Source of the DNA: Octopus bimaculoides
Taxonomy: Eukaryota
Direction of reading: 5' to 3'
Assembly (NCBI RefSeq): GCF_001194135.2
Contig: NC_069000.1
Location: 26,876,657 to 26,940,656, forward strand
DNA length: 64,000 nt
Shown: piece by piece, positions 11,018 through 24,200 of the stretch
How the letters are laid out: every line of letters begins with the position of its first letter
Numbering within the stretch: position 1 is the first letter of the stretch
Position numbers and translations under genes: made by a program
Notes under the pieces: model-generated
The model's input: only the letters and a program-made list of their open reading frames with translations
The model's database searches: none
What the model was told of the DNA's origin: nothing

Positions 11018-14000
11018 TCTTCATTATCGTTTAATGTCCGCTTTCCATGCTGGTATGGGTTGGGTGGTTTGACTGAGGACTGGCAAGCCAAAATCTGCAT
11101 GGGGCTCCAATCAAATCTGGCAAAGTTCCTACAGCTGGATGCCCTTCCTAATGCCAATCACTCCATGAGTGTAGTGAGTGCCTTTTGCATGCCACCAGCA
11201 CAAGGGCCGGTTAGGTGGTACTGGCATTGTCCACACTTGAATGATTTGCTTTACATGCCACCAGCATGCGAGCCAGTCATTTGGCACTGGCAATGACCAC
11301 GCTTGAATAGTGCTTTTTACAAGTCACTGGCACAGGACTGGTCAGCCAGTACTGGCATTGACCATGCTTGAATGGTGCTTTTTATGTGCCACCAGCACAA
11401 GAGCCAATCAGGTGGCACTAGTAACAATCAGCCTTGAATGGTGCTTTTAACGTGCCTCCAATACGGGATCAGTCAGGTGGCACTGGCATCGACCACACTC
11501 GAATGGTGCTTTTTACATGTCTCCGGCTTGGGTGCTAATCAGTACTGTCATCGGCCATGACAATAATTTCACTTGCCTCAACAGGTCTTTGGAAGCACAG
11601 TTTATTGCCCAGTGATTTAAGGGTACTCTGAAATGAGCTGGTTATGCTGCACTGGCATAGGCCATGGTTATAGTCTCACTTGGCTTGGCGCAATGTCCGA
11701 AGGTCATGCTTCACCACGTCATCCCAAGTCTTCCTGCGTCTACCTCTTCTACAGGTTCCCTCAACTGCTAGGGTGTGATGCTTTTGCACACAGCTGTCCT
11801 CATCCATTCGCACCACATGACCATACCAGCACAGTCGTATCGCTTGCACACCACATCTGATGCTTAATAAGTCCAACTTTTCTCTCAGGGTACTTACACT
11901 GTCGTGTATGCACATTGATATTGCACATCCAGCGGAGCATACTAACTTCATTCCTTGCCAGTTTATGCATGTCCTCAGTAGTCACGCTCCATGTTTCACT
12001 GCCATGTAGCATGGCTATTCGTACACATGCATCATGCAATCTACCTTTTACTCTAAGCGAGAGGCCCTTTATCACCAGCAAAGGTAGGAGCTCTCTGAAC
12101 TTTGGCCAGGCTATTCTTATTCTAGCAGCTACACTCTCAGAGCATCCACCCCCGCTACTGACTTGGTCACCTAGGTAATGGAAGCTATCAACTACTTGTA
12201 GTTTTTCCCCCTGGAATGTGACAGAAGTGTTTATTGCTCCTGAGCATTTGCCACACACAAAACCTATCTTTCCAGTTAGCCTTCCTTTGATATTGCTGCA
12301 CCTCTTATGTATCCATAGCTTACATCATGTACCTCTTGTGGAGTTTCTACCCATGCCTTTTCTACACATCGAACAAGGCCACCTACCTGAAGGGATTTGT
12401 GATTTGTCTGCCTTCCTACTTATTAAGACTTTGGTTTTTGCTAGATTGACTCTAAGGCCCTTCGATTCTAGACCTTGCTTCCACACCTGATACTTCTCCT
12501 CTAGTTCTGATAGTGACTAAGCTGTTAGAGCAAGGTCATCAGCATAGAGATGCTCCCAAGGGCATCCTGGGAATTCCTCTGTTATTGCCTGGAGGACTAT
12601 GATGAATAAGAGGGACTGAGGACTGATCCTTGGTAAAAACCTACTCCTACCCGGAATTCTTCACTGTACTCGTTGCCAACCCTCACCTTAATGACAGCAT
12701 CCCTGTACATGGCATGTACAGCTCTTACTAACCATTAATCTATCCCTAGTTTCTGCATTGACCAGCAGATAAGGGATTGGGGAACCCTGTCAAAGGCTTT
12801 CTCCATGTCAACAAAAGCCAGGTACAGAGGTTTATATGTGGCTAGGTATTTCTCCTGCAGCTATCTTACCAGAAATATAGCATCAGTGGTGTTTCTGCCT
12901 GGCACAAACCCAAACTGCATCTCGTCTAGACTACTTGCTCCCTAATTATTTAGGCTATAACCATCTCTGTAACTTTCATTACCTGATCCAATAACTTGAT
13001 ACCTCTGTAATTATTTGTATCTAATGCATCACCTGTACCTTTGTTGCAGCTGACTATGGTGCTGCTACACCAGTCTTTGGGTATGACTCCTTCATGTGTC
13101 ACCTGATTGACTATACGAGTGAGTAGAATATAGCCAACACTGCCAGATATTTTAAGCATCTCTGCGGTGATTCCTGATTGGCCGGAGGCTTTCCCTGTCT
13201 TCATACTCTTAATTGCTTTATCTACCAAGGTACTGTCAATTCAGATAACTGGCCCCTCTTTTGGGATGACATTCAGCAGACTCTCTTTCTGCCATTCATT
13301 CTCTTCATTTAGCAACTTTCATAGTGTTTCCGAGTCTCTCTCCTTGCAGCCTCATTAAATGCAAGTTAGCCATCATTCATGCAGACATATTTCTCTCCCA
13401 TGACATCATGATTCTCTCTCACACACTGTCTTGTAGCACAAAGCACTTCAAGTCTTTGGTTCTCACGATGAAGATCACTGACAATTTTTTTCTTATCTGC
13501 TTCCCCTCTAGCTAAGTAAATCTGTCTCTTAGCTTCCCTTCTGTCAGTCTTATATAATTCCCTCCTACCACCGTTCTTCCAGTCCTTTCATGCCTGTTTC
13601 TTTTCCCTAATGGCCCTGTCAACTACTTTGTTCCACCATTACATTACCTTTGGTCGAGAGGAGACTTTGCACCGTACACAGATCTGGTCAGTAGCCCTCA
13701 ATAAGTTGTCCCATAGAAACCTCCTGTTGTTTTCCATATCATGTGATGCTATATCCGCCTCTATTTCGTCAAAAGCTTTGAGTACTACGTCTCTAAGTCT
13801 CTGTCCATTAGCAGGATCCTTAAGCTTCCAGACCCTTCTTCTCCATGCTGATCATCTTCTGGACATCCATTTAGCCCTGATTTTGAAGTCACTAACTACT
13901 TATCTATGTTGGGGGGTGCATTCTTCACCTGGGAAGGTTTTGGCATTTATAAGTAGCCATCTTTCCTGTTTTCTGATGAGGATGTAGTCAATTTGACTAG

Positions 14001-14214
14001 TGTGTCCACCAGATAGGTAGGTGAATAGGTGACTGACAGGTTTCCTGAATTTAGTATTACAAACCATAAGATCATTTGCATCGCAGAACTCCAGCAGCCT
14101 GGTTCCCTCCTCCATGCAGAAACCAAAATCATAGCTTCCATGTACGCCATGGAAGCTCCCTGTATGTTGTCCAACATGCCCATTGAAGTCGCCAGCCACA
14201 AAGTGAAGGTCCCT

Positions 14215-14215
<1 letters not shown>
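11018..14215 (-). mobile_element. RTE-clade LINE (APE part, RT, 3'UTR with ~60-bp tandem subrepeats), pseudogenised
   Basis: GDFNGHVG, SQIDYIL, NYRGIKLL, HGSETW and RLCWYGHVVRM motifs; 3'UTR repeats at 11160-11560. Confidence 0.92.
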
Positions 14216-14256
<41 letters not shown>

Positions 14257-14610
14257 ATATCTGTATATATATGTGTATATNNNNNNNNNNNNNNNNNNNN
14301 NNNNNNNNNNNNNNNNNNNNNNNNNNNNNNNNNNNNNNNNNNNNNNNNNNNNNNNNNNNNNNNNNNNNNNNNNNNNNNNNNNNNNNNNNNNNNNNNNNNN
14401 NNNNNNNNNNNNNNNNNNNNNNNNNNNNNNNNNNNNNNNNNNNNNNNNNNNNNNNNNNNNNNNNNNNNNNNNNNNNNNNNNNNNNNNNNNNNNNNNNNNN
14501 NNNNNNNNNNNNNNNNNNNNNNNNNNNNNNNNNNNNNNNNNNNNNNNNNNNNNNNNNNNNNNNNNNNNNNNNNNNNNNNNNNNNNNNNNNNNNNNNNNNN
14601 NNNNNNNNNN

Positions 14611-14778
14611 CACAATAAGCCAAACCTATGCACATTTCAATAGGGTATCCCGGATAAATAAACCACATCATAAGATGTCTCGTAAAATATTGTAACAAAT
14701 ATTTTACGAGACATCTTATGATGTGGTTTATTTATCTGGGATACCCTATTGAAATGTGCATAGGTTTGGCTTATTGTG
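14611..14778. repeat. Near-perfect fold-back palindrome, 81-bp arms and 6-nt loop
   Basis: 14611-14691 is the reverse complement of 14698-14778 with a single G.T mismatch; the left arm abuts a gap. Confidence 0.97.
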
Positions 14779-14899
14779 GTTGTTTCTGTTATTATAATTG
14801 TTGCTGCAATAAAGTATCTTCAATGCATTGATTTTGAGCTCTATCTTTTAAGAGACATATATATATATATATATATAAATAATATAAATTTTAACCTCA

Positions 14900-16360
14900 C
14901 TACATCATTTTACCAACCATACCATAAACCCAATAACAATATTACTGATATACATGCACAGAGTAATTTATTGTAATATTATTGATATCATACCTTATAA
15001 CATTGAAAATAGAACTAACTAACTTATCCTCTAATGAAGACATTTTTAACAAGCATTAAAACTATTACAATTTAGCTCTTAAGAAAGCTGGTTATAAATA
15101 TCAAATTAAGTACAACAATATTGACAATGATTTTTCTAATCATACTAATAGTTATGTGGATAAGAATTTCAATAAACACACAAAAAAATTCACACCCCAT
15201 AATAAATTAGAACACACTGGTACACAACTTAATTCTATAAATTATATTCATAAAGATAACCATAAAACAAATTTTTTAACAATAATAGACCAATTAATAT
15301 GATTTTACTAACCAGATAATTATGAATACCAGTATTATTAATAATATAATTAATTGTAATGGTACAGACAGTAATTATGGGAAAAACATTAACATAGCTA
15401 AAAATAGTAACATGAAACAAAGTCTCTTTACAAACAAATCTTCTATTTCATCACATCCTCTTAATAACTCACATAACTACACAACCAATTTTAATGATGT
15501 TCAAAATAATAATAATAATATTAGAGGTAAAAAAAAAACCTATACCATATATTCGAATGGGTGACCCATCTAATACAAACCACCATACCAATAAGTAACA
15601 CAACAATAACATAATTTGGATTATATTTCCTTTTGCTATACATTTGAAGTCTAATTTTATAAAGTCTGTTCATTCTATTATTGGATCAAACTTTGGTAAC
15701 TCTAGGTATGCTAAGATATTTAATAACAAGATGATTACATTTGGTTTTTCTGTTTCTCCCAACTTATTTAGGATTATTTCTTCCTTTAACAATAGAAATT
15801 TAAACCATTACTACAAAGAATTAACCTTCTCTGTTACAAATACTAACCTCAACTATTCCAATAGATCTGTATTTAATACCAACAATTCTCATCCTCACAT
15901 TATTCCTATCTCTATTAATACATATACACATAACAATAGAACATCTAATATTAGTAATAATTATAACTGTAGAAACCCAAACACCTGTGAGGTAAAAGGT
16001 AATTGTGAAAAGAAAAATGTAGTATATAAAGTTACTGTTATAACCCATGATCTCTCTAAGTTTCATTATATAGGTTTTAAATTATGTTTGAATAATCATA
16101 AATCATCTTTTACTGATCCTTGGATAGAAAGTAATACTAGTCTATCAAAAAAGGATAACATAAATTTCTCAATTTCTTGGAATATTATTTCTTCTGCTCC
16201 TTCTTATAGGATTAGCAATAGAACTTGTTTTTTATACCTAGAAGAGTCTTATATAATTATGAAGATGAATTGTTATATCTTAAAGTCTAGAGATGAGAGA
16301 GTTTTTTCTTCTAAACATATGTCTAAATTTTTTTTCATTAACCTGAAATAGTTTTTTATT
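14900..16360 (+). mobile_element. Penelope-like (Naiad-like) thumb and GIY-YIG, decayed
   Basis: ORF 15644-16351 has YAKIFNNKMI, YNCRNPNTCEVKGNC, NVVYKVTV, YIG and WNIISSAPSY. Confidence 0.85.
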
Positions 16361-16650
16361 GATAACCCCATATTCTTCTTATTGGTTCTTATTCTACTTC
16401 TTATCCCTCTTTATTTTATACAACGTACTTGCATATATACTGCACACACATGTATATGTCTCCATCTGTGCATATGTCTATATGTATACTTGTAGATTTT
16501 TGTGTGTGTGTGTATATATAAATATGTATATATATATATATATATATATANNNNNNNNNNNNNNNNNNNNNNNNNNNNNNNNNNNNNNNNNNNNNNNNNN
16601 NNNNNNNNNNNNNNNNNNNNNNNNNNNNNNNNNNNNNNNNNNNNNNNNNN

Positions 16651-16682
<32 letters not shown>

Positions 16683-17339
16683 ATCTGTATATATATATAT
16701 GTATATGTACATTTGTTCGTATATGTTTGTGTGTATGTGCATATATATATATATATGGGTGTGTGTGTGTGTGTGTATGTGTGTATATGTATTGTATATG
16801 TGCATGTATGTATATGTATTGTATGTGTATTTATGTATATGTTATGTGTATGTATATGTATACATATATATATTTGTTTTATGTGAATACATGTTAATCA
16901 TATTACATGTATCTTCCCATACACATGCTCTCATACATGTGTGTGTGTGTGTGTATGTATGTTTGTATATTTATGTGTTAGGTGTATACTTATTTATTCC
17001 TTGTGAATTGATAATAATTTTTTCTTCATATATTTTTTCTGTTTTTTTAATATTTTTTTTCATTTATGATTATCTCTCCTACACGGGGCAAAATTTTAAA
17101 TTGGAGATTTTTAAATAGAGAATATATGTATATATTTTTTCTGTAGCAGTATTATGATGGTAGGTTTTTTCCCTGTTAAGTTTTTAGATTTTTTCATTGC
17201 TTCATACCCATAACTTTTCATACACTAAATCAATTTTAAGTATAGCTTTATTATTTAGTTAGACACTTATTATAGTATTTTTTCATTTTCAATATAAATA
17301 TATATATACATGTAACTCTCTATGGCTTTTCTCTGTTAG

Positions 17340-18254
17340 TGAACGTGATGTTTATATATGCTCGTACCATTCAGTAACAACTTCAGCTGTGTGAATTAAT
17401 ACATTATTATCCTGTAAGATTGCGTTTCCCTCTGGATGAATTTGATCAGATAGAATGCATAAATAGTCTTGACTGTTAATTCTGCAATGAAGGGAAACCA
17501 TTGGGCTGGCGGATTTCCAAGATATAGCCCCCCAGATCATCACAGATCTTCCTCCATGTTTAACAGTTGGAAGAAGTCAGTCTGGGTCAAACGCTTCTTT
17601 TGGCTGTCTCCACATATTGGTTGGAAATATGGTAAAGAATGACTCGTCTGAGAAAATTACATTCTTCCACTACGCTAGGGACCGTTCTAAACACTTTGCA
17701 ATGTTTGTTTTTGAAAGTAGTGGTTTTCTCATTGCAGCCCTTCTGTGAAATCTGGCTTTATGCAGCTCCCAGCAAACAGTTTTTGTGGAAACTGGTTTCT
17801 CGAGGTGGTCATTAAGCTGTACAGTAATTTTGGGAGCTGTACTTTTGTGACCCCTTCCAACAATTCGCGTGAGAGTCCAACAGTCACTATCTGAAAGTTT
17901 TGGTTTTCTTCCGGATTTTTGTTTTGACGAGGACGTTTTTCTCTCTTTCTCAAAGGCTGTCGTTACTTTCGAGACAGATACACCAAACATTTTGGTTGTT
18001 TTCGTTACACTAGCACCTGCCATACGAGCACCAACAATTCGACCTCTTTGAAAGTCCGATAGATGTGTCATTTTAATGAATTTGAATTACCTTTTTCTGA
18101 TGATATCTGTAAAGAAACAGCAATTTTAGCAAAACATATTAAGCAACACTAATGATAAATCAAAAAGCATGACAATAAACAAGCTTTTGACAGTTTTATA
18201 GATATTTTAAAATTGTGATGCTATGATTCTAGGTATTTGCATTATTTTGTCCAA
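17340..18254 (-). mobile_element. Tc1-family DNA transposon, 3'-truncated and frameshifted
   Basis: MTHLSDFQRGRIVGAR (HTH), SGRK, FSDES, MIWGAISW and LQDNN motifs; TIR remnant ttggacaaaataatgcaaatacct at 18231-18254. Confidence 0.9.
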
Positions 18255-18286
18255 ATACATTTCTATCTATCTATCTATCTATCTAT

Positions 18287-18378
18287 CTTATTTCTTTACT
18301 GCCCCCAAGGGGCTACACACAGAGGTGACAAACAAGGACAGACAATGACGTTTCTGCCAGCTCACCGCCTTGCCATCT
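18287..18378 (-). mobile_element. tRNA-type SINE family 2, internally deleted
   Basis: Minus strand has head ggcggtgagctggcagaaacgt joined to the tail tgtctgtccttgtttgtc...gcagtaaagaaataa. Confidence 0.55.
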
Positions 18379-18429
18379 ATCTATCTATTTATTTAAATTA
18401 TTTATTTATATAATCTATTCAAGTGCTGT

Positions 18430-21000
18430 AGAAATAAAAGCATGTGGTTATTTGATTCAGGATGGGGGAGAGGTTCAGTATTTCATTCTATTGAAGGTAA
18501 AATTACTTCAGTGCCTACATTTATCTCCACATTCATCGTATATGTTTAATAATTCATCTCTAGACTGTAGTAGTTTCATAAATTCTGTTATGCATAATAA
18601 ACACATTTTATTTCCAATATAATAGGAGTGGACTCTACCTATTATACTCCAATTAAGGGTGTACTCTCTTTTTCTAAATTTTAATTCCCATATATATTTA
18701 CTTATGCCTGTGGACTTACTTAAATTAGGATTTTTGAAGGTCTAGTAGTGTTGGGACATTCTTTTTTAAATTTCATTAGCTGTTGATCCAATATAAACCT
18801 TATTTATAATTTTATTATTATTGTTCTTGGAGCTTACTATACATTTATAAATTACATTATCAATATTACAATTATTAGAGAGCTTACATTTAGTCTTATC
18901 ACAACATGAACATTTTTCTATATGTTGATTAAGACTTTTATCATTGTCGGCTAGAGCTATTATTTATTATGCTATTATGATAATTATTTAATTTGTTATT
19001 ATTTATAGAGGAAATGATATTATCTATTTTTCTCGGTATTGAGTATCCCACTCTTATGGTTCTATTGGAAAATATATTTGAATGACAGTTTAAAAAAAAA
19101 CATTCTTACAATTTTAAGTGTCTCCTTAATAATATTAGTTATCACTTGGGCCCCATACGGAATAATTAACCAAATAATGTCCTTTTTATTTTTATATTAT
19201 CATTATTAGACATCATCATTATTAAATTGTTATTCTTAGGCATATTATATCTCTCCTTGTATAATTTACTATTTTTCTTACAATTCATTTTTTTTGTTAT
19301 TTTATCTAGTCTCAGCACATGAGCTGTGGCCATGCTGGGGCCATATTCTCATTATCAATATTACTATTATTATTGTAATCATTAATAACATCTATATTGT
19401 ATTTATCTTTGTTATATTGTTATTTATTATTATTCATATTTTTACTGTTAGAATTATTATTAGTTTTATTAGGATTACTTGTTATATTATTAATGTGTTC
19501 GTAATATTTAAAAAAATTTATATTAGAGTTATATCCTGCTTTTTTTAATGCTTTATTATGATATGGGGCATGTTTATTAAAAGTGTCATAATCTGAGGAT
19601 AGCATAGATATTCTTTTGTCTATATTATCTATTAAAGCTTCTTTAACTGATCTAGGATGGGTACTTAAAGAACTAATATACTTTACATTTTCATTCAAAT
19701 TATTAGTGACTAGATTAAGGTTGATGTCTAGGTAATATATTGCATATTGTTCATTCTATATAGATATCCTTAGGTCATAATTCTTAAAGAACTTGTACAT
19801 TTTCTTCTTAAGGCATTCTAATGACCTATTAGTACAGTTCCTAGATACAAGTAGTAGGTTCACCCTTTAAAGACCACCCTCTATATTCGTAAATTCTATT
19901 TCTATTTTAGATAAGAGATATAAACCTATAAGATCGGTAACCTGGGCAGAATCCAGGGCACCCATGGGTATATCAAAACAATCTCTTGTCTTTTTTTGCC
20001 CATAGTTTATATTTTATAATAGACTTCCTCGTGGCCAACACCACTTTGACTTCTTCAAATGACATATTTACCTTTCTCACAGTGTATGATAGGGCCTTAT
20101 TTAAAACCACTTCATTTATAGATGAATAATAATTCTTTATATCAATTTGAAGGAATTTACATATATTTTAATCCTGAATATTATTAAACCATTTTATAGT
20201 ATCTCAGATACAATTCCAGAGTTTAAGATTATCTCACCTATTTAATTTAACTATATATTTATCTAATATTAGTCTATTAAGTCTGCCTATATTTGACTTG
20301 CTTAGGGCATATTAGCCTTACTTGGGGGTTTGAGTAAAAATTATCCTTATGGTCTTTAATCCTTATTTTTGGATGCATCGGGACATATGGTTCAATTCTA
20401 TTTTCAATACCATATTTAACCATAATTTTTTTGGGTTTTGGGGATTATCTAAATAATTCTCATTAACTACCTTATATTTTTTCATTATTTCCTTTTCTAG
20501 TAGGTTATCATAAAGTAGTGTATCTAGTCTCTATAAATTCCTGGTCTTATCAGATTGTACTATAACACCATCCTAGTTCTTTAATATTTCTATTTTTCTA
20601 TATAAGTTGCTGAGGTGCTTGTTGTGTCTGTTAGGGTATCTTTTTAATTTTATATTTTTCACCATATTCCATATTTTCTCCTCAAAGTCCTGTATAATTC
20701 TATTATTGGGAGGTTCCTGCTTAGATTTGAAGTTTCTTTTTATGAAGTCTATATCTTCCATGTGAGTATTATTCTTATTAGGATTGTTGTTATTGCAGTA
20801 GTGAGCCTTCCATTTCATTCTATTTATAAAGTGTTTTAGCTGGTTAATCAGGTCTTGTGTATATTCTTTCCTGCTGGGAATAGGTATATCCTTCAAAGAT
20901 GAGTTTCACTCTATCGCCTCAATCCTATCTGATAGATCTATATCTGACATATATAATAAGTCCTAGTGGTAGAACCAATTGTATAATTAATTTAATTAAT
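18430..21000 (-). mobile_element. Near full-length but heavily decayed Penelope-like (Naiad-like) element
   Basis: N-terminus KDIPIPSRKEY/FINRMKWKA; RT FDIPMG; thumb YISSLSTHP; EN remnants WELK, KMCLLC and CRH. Confidence 0.85.
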
Positions 21001-21145
21001 TTGGGAAAACAAATTTCCAAATCAATCTGGTACAAACCTTCAGCATTACATGCATCTGCATATCATTCCTTGGGATATTCTTTATCTTATATTTATATAT
21101 TTATCTCGTAATATACAAAGTATCTAATAAAAGTCAATAATAATT

Positions 21146-21199
21146 CCCTAACCCTAACCCTAACCCTAACCCCTAACCCTAACCCTAACCCTACCCTAA
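21146..21199 (-). repeat. Interstitial telomeric repeat (TTAGGG)x9, two variant units
   Basis: ccctaa run on the + strand, including one cccctaa and one cccta. Confidence 0.95.
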
Positions 21200-21560
21200 A
21201 TTTATTAATTATGACGGAACTTCTTGTGTTTCAGTATTGGAAGATTACAATATATATACATACACACAAATGTATACATATATATATATACATATATAAA
21301 TATATATATGCAATCATCAGTTTTACAATTATTCCAACACATCTTCAGGTTCTTTTTCAAAGTATTGCTAATCTAATTTTAGATCCCTTTAAAAAATAAG
21401 CATTAAATTAAGCAATAAATTAAACATTAAAAATTAAAAATCAAAATTATACTTTGTAATATTAAGAATTAAAATTTATAAATTATACATTATAAATATG
21501 AATTAGTATATATATCAACCTTACAAAGTCAAGTATATAATGTCANNNNNNNNNNAGATA

Positions 21561-22442
21561 TATATATCAAAAATTTAAATGAGAGTTTTGACACTAATAT
21601 CCATTATTATTGAAGTTTATTCCTATTTCAACATTTCTGTATAAGGTCATATTTAACTGTCAAATTCAAGTTAAATAAGAAAATTACCTTACACATCTTC
21701 AGGGTAAAAGGTAAAGAGTAAACACCAAAAACATTGTCTCTAAGTCTGGTTCATATTCAAATTTCTCCTTAAATAAATTCCTCCTTAAATAAAGGTCCAT
21801 CTAATATTGGAAATCTTTCCCTTATGACAAAGGTAAGAGATATTGCTTGCTGTGTAATCTAGAATTATATTTTATATTATTCTCTAAGGGTAAGTTGATA
21901 AATAAACTCACATATAATGCTTTCAGATGTAGTCGTTATCCGAGGCACACATTTCTCTGGTTTAAATAAGTTATAAATTTCAGTATGATCGGGTATTATA
22001 GTATATTATAGTATAATATTAGGTTTAAAGGCAGGGCATATCAATGTATAATTTACCAATAGCAATTGTATTTGTATTTGTGTTTATTTGCTAAAGTTTC
22101 TAGAGATTTCCATTGATTCTATAGATTTCCATTGATTTAGAAGTTATTACCAGGAATCAACATTTGTTATATGTGATTATTTATAATTAATAATATTATT
22201 AGGGGTTTTCTCCCTTAGACGGACATTTATTTAAGGAGAAATTTGAATATGAACCAGACTTAGAGACGATGTTTTTGGTGTTTACTCTTTACCTTTTACC
22301 CTGAAGATGTGTAAGGTAATTTTCTTATTTAATTTGAATTTGACAGTTAAATATAACCTTATACAGAAATGTTGACATAGGAATAAACTTCAATAATAAT
22401 GGATATTAGCGTCAAAACTCTCATTTAAATTTTTGATATATA
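21561..22442 (+). mobile_element. 5'-truncated PLE: EN C-terminus and pLTR, with a 218-bp inverted pLTR copy at the 5' end
   Basis: 21561-21778 is the reverse complement of 22225-22442 with a few mismatches; the spacer encodes FPYDKGKRYCLLCNLE. Confidence 0.88.
22295..22387 (+). ncRNA. Type I hammerhead motif in pLTR (weak stem I); mirror copy at 21618-21708 on minus
   Basis: CTGAAGA 22301-22307; 10-bp stem II TGTGTAAGGT/ACCTTATACA; GAAA; near-palindromic ATGTTGACAT; ATA triplet 22377-22379. Confidence 0.6.
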
Positions 22443-22612
22443 ACTAAGGAGATCGATCCATAAGGAGTCTACTATAGACCTTTGGGGAGAAATCGCTTGC
22501 TAACTTGGTAGCGATTATATGTTTATCTCATCAACACATTGTGGAGATATCATCATATGAACAAATATATACATATATATATAGACATATACATATATAT
22601 GATAATATCTGT

Positions 22613-22657
<45 letters not shown>

Positions 22658-23414
22658 NNNNNNNNNNNNNNNNNNNNNNNNNNNNNNNNNNNNNNNNNNN
22701 NNNNNNNNNNNNNNNNNNNNNNNNNNNNNNNNNNNNNNNNNNNNNNNNNNNNNNNNNNNNNNNNNNNNNNNNNNNNNNNNNNNNNNNNNNNNNNNNNNNN
22801 NNNNNNNNNNNNNNNNNNNNNNNNNNNNNNNNNNNNNNNNNNNNNNNNNNNNNNNNNNNNNNNNNNNNNNNNNNNNNNNNNNNNNNNNNNNNNNNNNNNN
22901 NNNNNNNNNNNNNNNNNNNNNNNNNNNNNNNNNNNNNNNNNNNNNNNNNNNNNNNNNNNNNNNNNNNNNNNNNNNNNNNNNNNNNNNNNNNNNNNNNNNN
23001 NNNNNNNNNNNNNNNNNNNNNNNNNNNNNNNNNNNNNNNNNNNNNNNNNNNNNNNNNNNNNNNNNNNNNNNNNNNNNNNNNNNNNNNNNNNNNNNNNNNN
23101 NNNNNNNNNNNNNNNNNNNNNNNNNNNNNNNNNNNNNNNNNNNNNNNNNNNNNNNNNNNNNNNNNNNNNNNNNNNNNNNNNNNNNNNNNNNNNNNNNNNN
23201 NNNNNNNNNNNNNNNNNNNNNNNNNNNNNNNNNNNNNNNNNNNNNNNNNNNNNNNNNNNNNNNNNNNNNNNNNNNNNNNNNNNNNNNNNNNNNNNNNNNN
23301 NNNNNNNNNNNNNNNNNNNNNNNNNNNNNNNNNNNNNNNNNNNNNNNNNNNNNNNNNNNNNNNNNNNNNNNNNNNNNNNNNNNNNNNNNNNNNNNNNNNN
23401 NNNNNNNNNNNNNN

Positions 23415-24200
23415 NCTGTTAGTTGGGTTATAGGAATTAGCTACTTTTAGTATGTGCCACTTTAGTTTATATTCTATCTTATTGTTGTTTAGTTCCCAGA
23501 TATACCTACTAAGTCCTGTTGAATTTGCCTTATTTCTGTTTTTAAAACTGGATAGGTGCTCATTATATCTAAGACGTATTTGGTTTTTCGTGGCCCCAAT
23601 GTAAGATTTAGTGTGGCTGTTTGTTTGTACGTCACATTGGTAAACTATATTATCTGTCTTGCATCTATTGGAGAAATTACATTTATTCCTGTCTCTACAG
23701 CCACATAGGTTGTAAGGGGTGTCTATGTCTGTGTGTTGTTGTGTGGCCCTATTGTTTTTTCTGTGTGCGTCCCTCCTAGAAAGGGGTGTTGGATTAGGGT
23801 TGGAGTTAGTTATATTATTTGGTGGGGTTGTTGATTTGGTTGTTCGTGGTGTTTCTAGCTGTATAGAATGCGTCTAATTTCTTATTATTAATAGATGCTA
23901 TTATGGTAGCTAAGTTACATGTCAGGCTGTGGCCTATTCTTATTTTGTTCTTAAATATTTCTGCGTATTTATTGTTCACATTGAGGTGTTTATCAATTAT
24001 GTTCATTAGCGAGCAGACTATGTTAGATTTGAGGTTCATGTTATAGGGAATGATCAGCCAGGTCGTATCCTTATTGTTCTTGCTGCTATTATGGCCATAT
24101 CTGGTATAGAACCTGCCATCATAATTAGGAAGGCTGGTGAATTTTTCTTTCCGGCTATCTAATTTATTTCTATAGTTAGGTTTATTTTTGATATGCGTCT
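23415..24200 (-). mobile_element. Penelope-like (Naiad-like) linker and GIY-YIG
   Basis: WLIIPYN, YAEIFKNKIRIGHS, CRDRNKC, NIVYQCDV, SYIGAT and STGLSRYIWEL motifs. Confidence 0.85.

Noticed and set aside
11160-11560. ~60-bp repeats with variable intervening sequence, superficially CRISPR-like (also 43555-43930)
   Set aside because: They are tandem subrepeats of the RTE 3'UTR in a eukaryotic genome, with no unique spacers or cas genes.
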